A stretch of DNA of 64,000 bases from Mustelus asterias. Lineage: Eukaryota. The translations under genes were made by a program, and so were the position numbers. Below, piece by piece: positions 35,949 to 47,000 of the stretch. The notes below the pieces were generated by a model. The model was not told the origin of the DNA and searched no databases. It worked only from the letters and a program-made list of their open reading frames with translations. Numbering within the stretch: the first letter of the stretch is position 1; the number at the start of each line of letters is the position of its first letter. Location: contig NC_135808.1 of NCBI RefSeq assembly GCF_964213995.1, positions 85,994,001 through 86,058,000 on the forward strand. The letters run 5' to 3'.

Positions 35949-37873
35949 GCAATGAATTGTTTGGCTTTCTAATTGGTGTAGGATGGCAGTACATCATAAG
36001 GATAGATGTGTTGGCCAACTAATTTTGGAGTATGGGGCAAGTCACGTGATGAAGCCTCCAGGAATGCATTTAATCACAGTTGGCAACCCCTGCTAAAAAT
36101 GGATAAATTATAAAATTAGAAAAAGTTTGAACATCAGTATTTGGTGCAGTGATTTCCATGGATAAACAAAACATTGATTGCTAAAAGAGTGTGAGCCCAG
36201 GCACCTGGTGAGATGAAGAAGTCTCTGAAACATCAATCATGTTACCATAGGTGATTTCCACACCTTAACAAACATTCTTCTGGAAAGAACATAACACATT
36301 TAAGGCAGTAACAACATTTGAGTGGACAAGTCCATTCTTTTTCAATTTGTTTATTCACTTTATTCATTGAACAGGGACATATATCATTGGAAAAGGGATT
36401 TGTGCATTAAAATTTAATTCTCTAAACATTTGATTCTGTTAAGAGTCATTTTGTGGACATTACTGTACACAATAATCAGACATCTTGCCTCCAGATTGAT
36501 ATTTGGGATCTGTTCTCAATAGACAATTCCTGGTCTCCCACCATTATACCTCAGTCAAGGGAGAAGTTACCTTTTCTGCCCACCCCCAATACCAAAGACT
36601 TCAATTGTGTTTAAGCGGCCAGCCATTTCTCCCCCATTCTCTACTCCCTCCCAATGTTCCTTTGTCTTCTGTCTTTATGTTTAGTTGTATTTGTTTTCTA
36701 ACACATTTATCCTAACTGTCCTTTTTTCTGTTTGAAAAAATAAAGTTTGAAAGCTTTTATTTTCCTTTAATCTCTCAAATGTAGAAAACCTAGGTCTTAA
36801 TGCCTCAAAGTATGTTTTAAAGGCTATTCTTTTCTTGTAGAACGAAAACTCTGGACTTTGATAATTGACCTAATCATTTGTGTGCTCTAGGTCATATTTG
36901 ACATTTTTACACATCAAAGCCTGGAAGAGGGCTGCTAGACAACAACTTACATTTGTAGGTTTCTGTTGACATAGAAAATGTCCTAAGGTTTTTAGCAAGT
37001 ACACATTCAGTACATGCGGTGCTCAATTATTTATGGGAAGGTAAACTTTTTGCCATTTGTAAGATCCCTACAGCTCCCCCAGTTCATCTGAAAGACTCTC
37101 TTTGAAACTTGCTTCTGATTTGTATTTTGAGCAGGTTTGAGATGACACACTTTAGACTTCTGTATTTATTCGAATTTTTAGCTTCTGAATAGATTTGTGT
37201 AATTGTATATTAGGGAATTAAAATTAAGATCTGTTTACATATATATATACCTAAAATGTGCAAATTGTAAGTTTGGTGGGAGAAGCAATGACAAGAAAAA
37301 AAGGAGGGAAAAACAAAAAAGTTCTTTGGAATGCCAAACTTTCACCAAACCCTGACCATATTCATCTAATGATCTGGTAGCATGCGCTTAATATGTACTG
37401 GGATTTGAAATTTCTACCCAAAGTCAATGGACCTGGTTGGTCTGAAAAATGTTCTCTCCCACCAACAAAAGTTCCTGTTGCGAATGAGACTGGACAATCC
37501 TGGCCAATAAATCATCTTCATCAAAATCCCTCATGGATATTTCAATGTAATTTTTCATAAGCTAGTAACCTGTTTTCAAGCCCAAAGACTTGATGCCTCT
37601 GCTGCTGATAGGGCCTATTATCCAATACCTCCTCCTGTACACCTCCGGAGGTACTGGATAATACCCAGGCATGGCACTTGTGTTTGTTTCTTTTCCCTGT
37701 CCAGGAAAATAGCACAAGCTTTACTTGGCACCTCTCCATTCAGCACAGTTCAGATCAAAAAGCAGGCAAAGTAGAACTCATTTGACAGTATATCAACTAT
37801 GTCAGCCCTGACCTTTGATCCAGAAGATTGTAGGTTTAAACCCAACTCCAGATACTTGACCACATAATTGGGC

Positions 37874-39515
37874 TGTTGCTTTGATTGTCAGGGTTCACAA
37901 TCCCTTTCAAGACCTCCATCCTGCTCTAGTTAATATTGATTCCAAGGTGAACCCAGGGGCGTAGCCAGGTTCTAAAGTTAGGGGGAGCGAGCACATAAAA
38001 AAGGCGCCCGTGTGATTCTGCACCAAACTGCGGGAGGTTTTTAATTCATAAATCAACATTTATTTATCTGCTGCTTTAATTGCCTGAGGGAATGAAATGT
38101 AAATATCGATGTGCTGCCAGTGTTTTGGGGACATTCCAGCTGGCTTTAGGGGAGGTGGCTGGGGGTTTCTGCCCGATGAAGAGGGTCTGAGCTGCATGAG
38201 GAGCGCTCCACCAATGACCCTCAATCCATGTCCTGGGAGCCCAGTGGGACGGGCATTCAGGAGAGAGACGGAGAGGGATGTCAACTGCGGAGTTAGCGAA
38301 AGGAATAGAAAAGGTTTTGGCCTCAGGCTGTTGTAGTGATTCATGCAGGGCAGAGACTACAATAGTTTGTACATCAGGTGTTGTGAAAGATGAACAAAAA
38401 CACACTGAGCTCATCCCGGGAATTTCCAGAGCAGGTGGAGTCCCGATCTCTTCAAACTTGGAAAAAGTATTTATGGCAAACTCCACTTTATCCAATACAT
38501 TTCACCGATTTTTAATAAATCCCTGAAATCGGCCCTTTCAATAATTTGAAACGAAAAAACAATCCATTCCTTTGGCCCAAAGACCATTTCCACCCCAAAA
38601 GCTGTCGTCCACATAGTTAGATTTCAATGAGATGTATATTCTATTCATCACCTAATAACCTTTCTCCATGAACTGGTGGTAATTCTGTGAGAATGTCAAG
38701 TGGAGGAGACTGTTTTAGATAGGATCTCTGATAAGTTATTAAATATAATTTTGAACCTGTCTCTTTTAACTCCGTTCCCACACTGTAGGTCGCTGTTGGG
38801 AAGGGAAGTACTTTCATTGTAATGTAACCTCCCGTTCAGATCCCCTGGATCTAATTTCACTCACGCTGATAGCATTCATCAGCAAAATGCTGATAAAACA
38901 AAATATGCAACTTAAGCCTGATCATAACTGGGCTGTTGAGAGTGTTGAGGAGGAAAGTGAAGGATTACCTGGAGCCTAGCAGCACACATCGCAGATCTGA
39001 GGGGCCCGAGAGGAACACCCTGTTGAAAAGGGGTGTTCTTTTGAAGAATGTGCTCAGGGGGAGCGGTCGCTCCCCCTGCACCCCCTCTAGCTACGCCACT
39101 GGGTGAACCATTCCTACAGAGTGGACACTTTGCTTTTTTTGTATCTTAATCGGACAGTTTATAGGCTTTTGGAATGCCATCTATCAGGTTGACCTGATAG
39201 AAAACCACATAGTCACACTTGCCTCTTTTTCACCCCTGTTGCTTCACCCAGTCAGTTACTTGCAGCATAATGATACAATGCTGCATATGTGTCCTCTCCA
39301 TTCTGTTCCAATCCTTGTGTGTACCATAAACTTCAGCAGAGGCCTTCATCTTCTGGCCCTGCCCACAGTGGGATTTGTTACAGGCGGGATGGTAAATATG
39401 ATAGACAAGGCGAAGGTCCGTTGACCTCGGGTGGGGATTTCTGGGCCCAGGATGGGCAGGACAAGTGTGTACTTGTTAAATCCCACACACTGTTTTTATA
39501 ATGAGCACAACAACA
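37874..39515. mobile_element. Probable solo LTR (~486 bp once the hAT insert is removed)
   Basis: Ends TGTTG...CAACA and interrupts the SINE at a single point; the 4-bp TSD is degenerate (gggc/aagc). Confidence 0.5.
37954..39101. mobile_element. Non-autonomous hAT-superfamily DNA transposon, 1148 bp
   Basis: TIRs CAGGGGCGTAGC / GCTACGCCACTG (11 of 12 complementary); perfect 8-bp TSD ggtgaacc at 37946-37953 and 39102-39109. Confidence 0.9.
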
Positions 39516-40208
39516 AAGCTGCCAACTCAGTGCAGTACTGAGGGAATGCTGCACTATCAGAAATGCCATCTTTCAGTTGAGACATTAAACCAAAGCTCGG
39601 GCTGCCCTCTCAGGTTTTCACATAATAGTGCTCGCTGAGAAGCTCTCCTGAAATTACAGCCAAATTTTCAAGTGCAGCAGGAAACAAAGCTTTTTTTATT
39701 GCATTTATTTTTAACGTTTTTTTAAAAACACTCGTGCTAAGACCTGTACCGTATTTCTATAGTCTGGGAAGGGTTTTTATTTTAACTTTAAAAGTCAGTT
39801 ACCTGGGAGGTTCCCCCTCATTGTTCCACTGGAGCAAGCAGAGAGGGAGTGATTGGAGGCAGGAGTGCTGGTGAGAGATTGATTGAATTATTTATTTATT
39901 TAATTAGTCAGTTCGTGTGCGTTTTTTTTTGGCCTTTACTTTTGTAGTAGTATTTTTCTTAAGTTTAAAGTGAAAACTGGAAGTGAGTTGCTAAGGAGTC
40001 TGGGAAGGGTTTTTTAAGCGCGCAAAGTATAAAAGGTAGGCTGCAGTATACAGCGGGCAGCGTCGGGAGCGGGCAGGGGAGTGTGTGGGAAGCAGAGTGT
40101 GAGCTATAAGGGCTTTGGCTCACAGGGCTTCGGGGGACAGGGCGAGCAGGGGTGAGTTTAATTCATTTTTGCTGTTTCTACCTGGTACTGGCAAGGTATC
40201 TAGAGGGG

Positions 40209-41135
40209 ATGGGTGTGCAGGCAGTGCTATGTTCCTCTTGCACTATGTTTGAGGTGAGGGACGACGACAGTGTCCCTGCTGATTACATCTGTGGGAAGTG
40301 CACCCATCTGCAGCTCCTCCAAAACCGTGTTAGGGAACTGGAGCTGGAGTTGGATGAACTTAGGATCATTAGGGACGCAGAGGTGGCCATAGACAGAAGC
40401 TTTAGGGATACAGTTACTCCGAGGAATGAAAACAGATGGGTGACGGTGAGAGGGGCTGGGAGGAAGCTGTCCGTGCAGGGATCCCCTGTGGTCGTTCCCC
40501 TTAGCAACAAGTATTCCGCTTTGGATACGGTTGAGGGGGATGACATACCAGTGGTGAGCCGCAGTGAGAGGATCTCCAGCACTGTGTCCGTCTCTGTGGC
40601 TCGGGAGGGTAAGGGGCAGAGCGGGAGGGCAATAGTTATTGGGGACTCGTTAGTTAGAGGGATAGATAGGAGGTTCTGTGGCAGCAAAAGAGACTCACGG
40701 ATGGTATGTTGCCTACCGGATGCCAAGGTCCGTGACGTCTCGGACTGTGTTTTCCGGATTCTGAAGGGGGAGGGGAAACAGTCACAAGTCGTGGTACACA
40801 TTGGTACCAACGACATAGGTAAGAGAAGGGACGGGGATTTAAAACAGGAATTTCGGGAGCTGGGCTGGAAGCTGAAAGCCAAGACAAAACATGTGGTCAT
40901 CTCTGGTACGTTGCCGGTGCCACGTGATAGCAAGTTGAGGAACAGGGAGAGAGTGCAATTAAACATGTGGTTGCAGGGATGGTGTAGGAGGGAGGGTTTC
41001 AGATACGTGGATAATTGGAACACATTCTGGGGAAGGTGGGACCTGTACAAACAGGACGGGGTGCACCTGAACCAGAGGGGCACCAATATCCTGGGAGGGA
41101 AATTTGATACGGCTCTTCAGGGGGGTTTAAACTAA
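40209..41135 (+). CDS. CR1 ORF1p: zinc finger, coiled coil/leucine zipper, SGNH esterase domain (308 aa from the first ATG)
   Basis: CSSC..CGKC; LQNRVRELELELDEL; SGNH blocks IGDS, HIGTND and DGVHL. Confidence 0.93.
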   Translation: MGVQAVLCSSCTMFEVRDDDSVPADYICGKCTHLQLLQNRVRELELELDELRIIRDAEVAIDRSFRDTVTPRNENRWVTVRGAGRKLSVQGSPVVVPLSNKYSALDTVEGDDIPVVSRSERISSTVSVSVAREGKGQSGRAIVIGDSLVRGIDRRFCGSKRDSRMVCCLPDAKVRDVSDCVFRILKGEGKQSQVVVHIGTNDIGKRRDGDLKQEFRELGWKLKAKTKHVVISGTLPVPRDSKLRNRERVQLNMWLQGWCRREGFRYVDNWNTFWGRWDLYKQDGVHLNQRGTNILGGKFDTALQGGLN

Positions 41136-44032
41136 TTTGTCTGGGGAGTGGGAAAAGGAGTTGTAGTCCAGAAGTCAGTGTTGAGGGTGGTGAGGTATTG
41201 GGGAAGATATCAAGGCCAAGGGTGGGTACCGGTAGACAGGAAGGTGGGTTGAAGTGTGTCTACTTCAATGCAAGGAGCATCCGGAACAAGGTAGATGAAC
41301 TTGGGGCGTGGATTGGTACTTGGGACTATGATGTTGTGGCCATTACGGAGACGTGGGTAGAACAAGGACAGGAATGGTTGTTGGACGTTCCGGGGTATAG
41401 ATGTTTCAGTAAGTGTAGGGAAACTGGTAAAAGAGGTGGAGGAGTAGCATTGTTAATCAAGGATAGTTTAACGGCTGCGGAAAGGCACTTCGAGGGGGAT
41501 CTGCACACTGAGGTAATATGGGCTGAGGTTAGAAATAGGAAAGGAGCAGTCACATTGTTAGGAGTTTACTATAGGCCCCCAAATAGTAATAGAGATGTGG
41601 AGGAAGAAATTGCTAAGCAGATTATGGATATGTGTGGGGGTCACAGGGTAGTTGTCATGAGGGACTTTAACTTTCCAAATATTGATTGGAACCTTTGTAG
41701 GTCAAATAGTTCGGATGGGGCAGTTTTTGTGCAGTGTGTGCAGGAGGGTTTCCTGACACAATATGTGGATAGGTCGACAAGAGGTGAGGCCACATTGGAT
41801 TTGGTACTGGGAAATGAACCGGGCCAAGTGTTAGATTCGGTGGTGGGAGAGCACTTTGGAGATAGTGACAACAATTCAGTGTCTTTTGTTATTGCAATGG
41901 TGAGGGATAGGGCCGTACGGCAGGGCAAGGTTTACAATTGGGGGAGAGGTAATTATGATGCGATTAGGCAAGAATTAGGGGGCATAAGTTGGGAACAGAA
42001 ACTGTCAGAGAAAGGCACTAATGAAAAGTGGAACTTTTCCAAGGAACAAATACTGGGTGTCCTTGATAGGTATGTCCCTGTCAGGCAGGGAGGAAATGGC
42101 CGAGTGAGGGAACCATGGTTCACGAAAGAGGTGGAATGTCTTGTGAAAAAGAAGAGGGAAGCTTATGTAGGGATGAGGAAAGAAGGTTCAGATGGCTCGA
42201 TTGAGGGTTACAAGTTAGCAAGGAACGAGCTGAAAAAGGGGCTTAGGAGAGCTAGGAGGGGACATGAGAAGTCCTTGGTGGGTCGGATCAAGGAAAACCC
42301 CAAGGCTTTTTACTCTTATGTGAGGAATAAAAGAATGACCAGGGTGAGGTTAGGGCCGGTCAAGGACAGTAGTGGGAACTTGTGTATGGAGTCAGTAGAG
42401 ATAGGAGAGGTGATGAATGAATACTTTTCTTCAGTGTTCACCAAGGAGAGGGGCCATGTTTTTAAGGAAGAGAAGGTGTTACAGGCTAATAGGCTGGAGG
42501 AAATAGATGTTCGGAGGGAGGATGTCCTGGCAGTTTTAAATAAACTGAAGGTCGATAAGTCCCCTGGGCCTGATGAAATATATCCTAGGATTCTTTGGGA
42601 GGCAAGGGATGAGATTGCAGAGCCTTTGGCTTTGATCTTTGGGTCCTCACTGTCCACGGGGATGGTGCCAGAGGACTGGAGACTGGCGAATGTTGTTCCT
42701 CTGTTTAAGAAAGGGAATAGAAATGACCCTGGTAATTATAGGCCGGTTAGTCTTACTTCGGTGGTTGGTAAATTGATGGAAAAGGTCCTTAGGGATGGGA
42801 TTTACGACCATTTAGAAAGATGCGGAATAATCCGGGATAGTCAGCACGGTTTCGTGAAGGGCAAGTCGTGCCTCACAAATTTGATTGAATTTTTTGAGGA
42901 GGTAACTAAGTGTGTTGATGAAGGTAGGGCAGTTGATGTCATATACATGGATTTTAGTAAGGCGTTTGATAAGTTCCCCCATGGTCGGCTTATGATGAAA
43001 GTGAGGAGGTGTGGGATAGAGGGAAAGTTGGCCGATTGGATAGATAACTGGCTGTCTGATCGAAGACAGAGGGTGGTGGTGGATGGAAAATTTTCGGATT
43101 GGAGGCAGGTTGCTAGTGGAGTGCCACAGGGATCAGTGCTTGGTCCTCTGCTCTTTGTGATTTTTATTAATGACTTAGAGGAGGGGGCTGAAGGGTGGAT
43201 CAGTAAATTTGCTGATGACACCAAGATTGGTGGAGTAGTGGATGAGTTGGAGGGCTGTTGTAAGCTGCAAAGAGACATAGATAGGATGCAAAGCTGGGCT
43301 GAAAAATGGCAAATGGAGTTTAACCCTGATAAATGTGAGGTGATTCATTTTGGTAGGACTAATTTAAATGTGGATTACAGGGTCAAAGGTAGGGTTCTGA
43401 AGACTGTGGAGGAACAGAGAGATCTTGGGGTCCATATCCACAGATCTCTAAAGGTTGCCACTCAAGTGGATAGAGCTGTGAAGAAGGTCTATAGTGTGTT
43501 AGCTTTTATTAACAGGGGGTTGGAGTTTAAGAGCCGTGGGGTTATGCTGCAACTGTACAGGACCTTGGTGAGACCACATTTGGAATATTGTGTGCAGTTC
43601 TGGTCACCTCACTTTAAGAAGGATGTGGAAGCGCTGGAAAGGGTGCAGAGGAGATTTACCAGGATGCTGCTTGGTTTGGAGGGTAGGTCTTATGAGGAAA
43701 GGTTGAGGGAGCTAGGGCTGTTCTCTCTGGAGCGGAGGAGGCTGAGGGGAGACTTAATAGAGGTTTATAAAATGATGAAGGGGATAGATAGAGTGAACGT
43801 TCAAAGACTATTTCCTCGGGTGGATGGAGCTATTACAAGGGGGCATAACTATAGGGTTCATGGTGGGAGATATAGGAAGGATATCAGATGTAGGTTCTTT
43901 ACGCAGAGAGTGGTTGGGGTGTGGAATGGACTGCCTGCAGTGATAGTGGAGTCAGACACTTTAGGAACATTTAAGCGGTTATTGGATAGGCACATGGAGC
44001 ACACCAGGATGATAGGGAGTGGGATAGCTTGA
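41108..44032 (+). CDS. CR1 ORF2p: APE endonuclease and reverse transcriptase (frame open from 41108; no ATG until 41624)
   Basis: YFNARSI, ITETW, YRPP, (R)DFN, LDL, SD(N); RT motifs NYRPVSL, DFSKAFD, PQGSVLGP and FADD. Confidence 0.95.
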   Translation, partial: YGSSGGFKLICLGSGKRSCSPEVSVEGGEVLGKISRPRVGTGRQEGGLKCVYFNARSIRNKVDELGAWIGTWDYDVVAITETWVEQGQEWLLDVPGYRCFSKCRETGKRGGGVALLIKDSLTAAERHFEGDLHTEVIWAEVRNRKGAVTLLGVYYRPPNSNRDVEEEIAKQIMDMCGGHRVVVMRDFNFPNIDWNLCRSNSSDGAVFVQCVQEGFLTQYVDRSTRGEATLDLVLGNEPGQVLDSVVGEHFGDSDNNSVSFVIAMVRDRAVRQGKVYNWGRGNYDAIRQELGGISWEQKLSEKGTNEKWNFSKEQILGVLDRYVPVRQGGNGRVREPWFTKEVECLVKKKREAYVGMRKEGSDGSIEGYKLARNELKKGLRRARRGHEKSLVGRIKENPKAFYSYVRNKRMTRVRLGPVKDSSGNLCMESVEIGEVMNEYFSSVFTKERGHVFKEEKVLQANRLEEIDVRREDVLAVLNKLKVDKSPGPDEIYPRILWEARDEIAEPLALIFGSSLSTGMVPEDWRLANVVPLFKKGNRNDPGNYRPVSLTSVVGKLMEKVLRDGIYDHLERCGIIRDSQHGFVKGKSCLTNLIEFFEEVTKCVDEGRAVDVIYMDFSKAFDKFPHGRLMMKVRRCGIEGKLADWIDNWLSDRRQRVVVDGKFSDWRQVASGVPQGSVLGPLLFVIFINDLEEGAEGWISKFADDTKIGGVVDELEGCCKLQRDIDRMQSWAEKWQMEFNPDKCEVIHFGRTNLNVDYRVKGRVLKTVEEQRDLGVHIHRSLKVATQVDRAVKKVYSVLAFINRGLEFKSRGVMLQLYRTLVRPHLEYCVQFWSPHFKKDVEALERVQRRFTRMLLGLEGRSYEERLRELGLFSLERRRLRGDLIEVYKMMKGIDRVNVQRLFPRVDGAITRGHNYRVHGGRYRKDIRCRFFTQRVVGVWNGLPAVIVESDTLGTFKRLLDRHMEHTRMIGSGIA

Positions 44033-47000
44033 TCTTGGTTTCAGATAAAGCTCGGCACAACATCGTGGGCCGAAGGGCCTGTTCTGTGCTGTACTGTTCT
44101 ATGTTCTATGTTCTATCCATTTAAATAGATTTTTAAGGCACAAGTCACATTAAAAATTGAAAAGCTTCCCCGATTACAATTTCTTAAATGATTGTTGAAC
44201 AAGTTAAAACCTGAATCTTCATACAACTTAAAGTATATTTGGCACTTTCACTGATTGTTCATGCTGACTTTACATCTACTTTATGTTCAAACATATTCAG
44301 ATGCACAGGGATTTTGCATGTAATTAGACATTGGCAGAATGTATCTAGTGACAAGAAAGAGGGAATATTAGGGCATTGTGATGGAAGTTCTCTTGATAAT
44401 AAATTCATGGAGTTTGTATTGGGAAATATCAAGGAATTTCTATCCCCCGGAATACTTCTAATGTAAATAAGAGACCATGCTAAATTCAAGCATGTGGAGT
44501 TAACCAGCAATTGTCCATTATTTGGTAACTAACGTGTTGTATGTATGTGAAGGAAAGTAACCTTCTGTCAGCAGTTTGTTGATTCTGCAGGAGGTCTCAG
44601 CAAAGATGAGGTAAATGTGCCAGTAGTCCAGATGTTACAGGTCATTCCCCATTATGGTGAAGGAAAAATACTACTGCAATTACTCTCCAGTAAACTGTAG
44701 GGGCTAGAGATTAATCCATAAAAGAGAAATCATATATGGCAGATTTAGTAAGAGGCTGCATGACCCAGCGTGGTACTGGGCCATATTGTAATGTCCTGGG
44801 TTCACCTGTACTGAATTAGCTGATCACAGCCAGGGAATATCCAGTAATTCACGCTGGAAGGTACAGCCATTGGGTGAGGGCAAGATTGTGCATTTCTTTG
44901 ATTTCCCACTACAGTTAAATACGTTGCTGACATTTATTGTCTAGATTAAACATGAAAAATGAATGCCTACCTATATTGCCAAAGAGGCTTTTATTTAAAA
45001 TTATAAAATGCATAAGGTTAATGTATTGGAATAGAGTGGGGACACAAGTTTAATTTCACCTGCTTTCTCACCACATGTATTCTAGTGTGATTATAGTAGA
45101 TGGGTAAACAGGTGAAAGGGAATAAACATTAACATTTCAGCCTAGAGTGAACCCTAGCAAAGTGACAGAAGTGGAATGGAGTGGGACTGGTGTCAAATGA
45201 TGTGAGAGCCTAAACATGACGTTCCCCACAACATAATACTTGAATATTCAGAACATGTAATCTTGTGACTGTAACTGCAGCAACTGTCCACTCCGAGAAG
45301 GAACCCTTAAACTGGCGAATTCATGTTTTCTGCACATCAAGAAAATAGTCTGTCAGGCGGTTTAGTTATCCAGACTACACAAAATTTAAACCTGCTCATT
45401 TAACCTTTAATGCATGCAAGCTGGGCAATAGGTTTAGGTTGCAGGCGAGCCCTGAGATTGAGCACATTTGCCTCACTCAAGGTGGGCTTGTTGTCATAAC
45501 CTCTTGATATGCTCGTCTGTGTCTTCATTCACCACAGTTTCCTGGACCATGGGAAATGGTGAATTTGTTGATACCTCCTTCACTGCACTTGAATCTCATT
45601 CCTGCTCCTTTAATATGTTGTGCAGGTTAGGATCTGTGATGCTGCCAAATTAAGTGAGGCTAATTCCACAACATGAGGAATCTTCATGTAATGCAAAACT
45701 CCTTCCAGTAGAAACAGATTTACAGGGAATAAAATTGAACATGAATTTTATATTAAAAAAACAATGAAGTATTAAATATCATTGGCTTGAAATCAAGGTG
45801 CATCAAATCACTCACAGTATTGATTAAAAACAACATTCATATATCGCTTTGAATTTACTCATTTAGCATACTGCAACATAATAGGATGTACTGCACACAG
45901 TGTGAAGAATACATTATGTAAGATATACTAATATGATTTGAATAGGAGATCCCCTGCAAAACATATTCTGACATTTTTTAAATAAACCTTGATTTTAACA
46001 TGAACATAAGGCAACATTCTTTAACAATAGTAAGGTCAACTTTTGAACAGTCTGAAGTAACTGTGTCTTTGTAACACCCTTATATTAGCCTAAGCCAATA
46101 TATGAGAAATACGTTACACAAGCAAGTACTCGTTTAAGATGAATAGCTGGATCGATCAAATTGAGGGGCTTAGTGCAGCGAAAACAATCAAATTTGAAAT
46201 ATACAGACAGAAAGGTGTCAGGTTTAATCTCAAGTCTGTATTCGGTTAATTGGGGGAGTCACAGGATTAGGGAAGAGAAAAAATATACCTGGGTACCCTC
46301 ATCATTGATCATTATCAAACGATCCCTTGCTGTGAAGCCACATGTGGAGGATGCCAGGTGAGGTATCTATCTCAGCTGTGATGCAGCAGACAATTAAGTA
46401 ATCTTCTGGCTTCACAGTTTTAAGCTCACAAATAAAGAACAGTCACTTGGACAAAATCTAAGAGTCAAACCCATGGAGCGCTATTCCATCATTAAAAGAG
46501 GAAGAAAAATTAAAGGGATCACTAATGTAATTTTTGCTTCATATTTTAATTGGAAGTCAGATAAATCAATAAAGACATAAGGAAGGCATTTTTGAAGAAG
46601 GCAAAGGGGTACAGGCTGTTTTATATGATCATGACAGTTATTCTTTTGCTAATGCTGAGGCAAAGACGAGTTATATTTGCACATAAAATGGTTTAGAAAC
46701 CAGGCAGCTCCATTGTTCACTGGTAATAAAACATGGAGAGGGAATTCTTGTAGTAACTAGCTGGAGGAATGTCATGTGATGTGGTTGCTATGGAGCTGTA
46801 CTGTTCATTTCATGGTGCTGCTTGAAGTTCAGTCTCAAGATTCTCTGGGGCTCCTTGCTGCAGTTGTCCCCCCATGTTCTAATCTCTTTATCAGCAGTGC
46901 AGAAAAAGCTAGGTGATGTCACTGCAGCTGAGCTGAAAGCCAATCAGATAAAGGGTGAATAGCATTTCTATGCAGGCACTGTGCTTCATCTCAGAATTAA

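Larger units (their letters stand above)
37820..39615 (+). mobile_element. Deu-domain SINE (SacSINE1/AmnSINE-like) remnant split into 37820-37873 and 39516-39615
   Basis: cagaagattgtaggtttaaaccc..ctccaga.acttga.cacataat..ggc joins ctg..actcagtgcagtactgagggaatgctgcact.tc.ga..tgcc.tcttt..g.tgaga.attaaacc, as in the Deu-SINE consensus I recall. Confidence 0.6.
39750..44116 (+). mobile_element. Full-length CR1 LINE (5'UTR, ORF1, ORF2, 3'UTR, (GTTCTAT)3 tail); 5' boundary approximate
   Basis: Two long open frames, a CR1 3'UTR and tail; the 5'UTR has a duplicated agtctgggaagggttttt. Confidence 0.97.

Noticed and set aside
38076-38495. 139-aa ORF as a hAT transposase
   Set aside because: No BED finger, DDE or hATC dimerisation motif is recognisable, and the element is too short to be autonomous.
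40152-40208. GTG start for CR1 ORF1, and TTG 41198 as the ORF2 start
   Set aside because: These come from the ORF caller allowing alternative starts. ATG 40209 directly precedes the zinc finger, and the ORF2 frame is open upstream of 41198.
40283-43278. Long minus-strand ORFs (267, 145, 113 aa) opposite the CR1, and plus-strand ORFs opposite 16482-17982 and 29418-31106
   Set aside because: Antisense shadows of LINE coding sequence with no recognisable domain.
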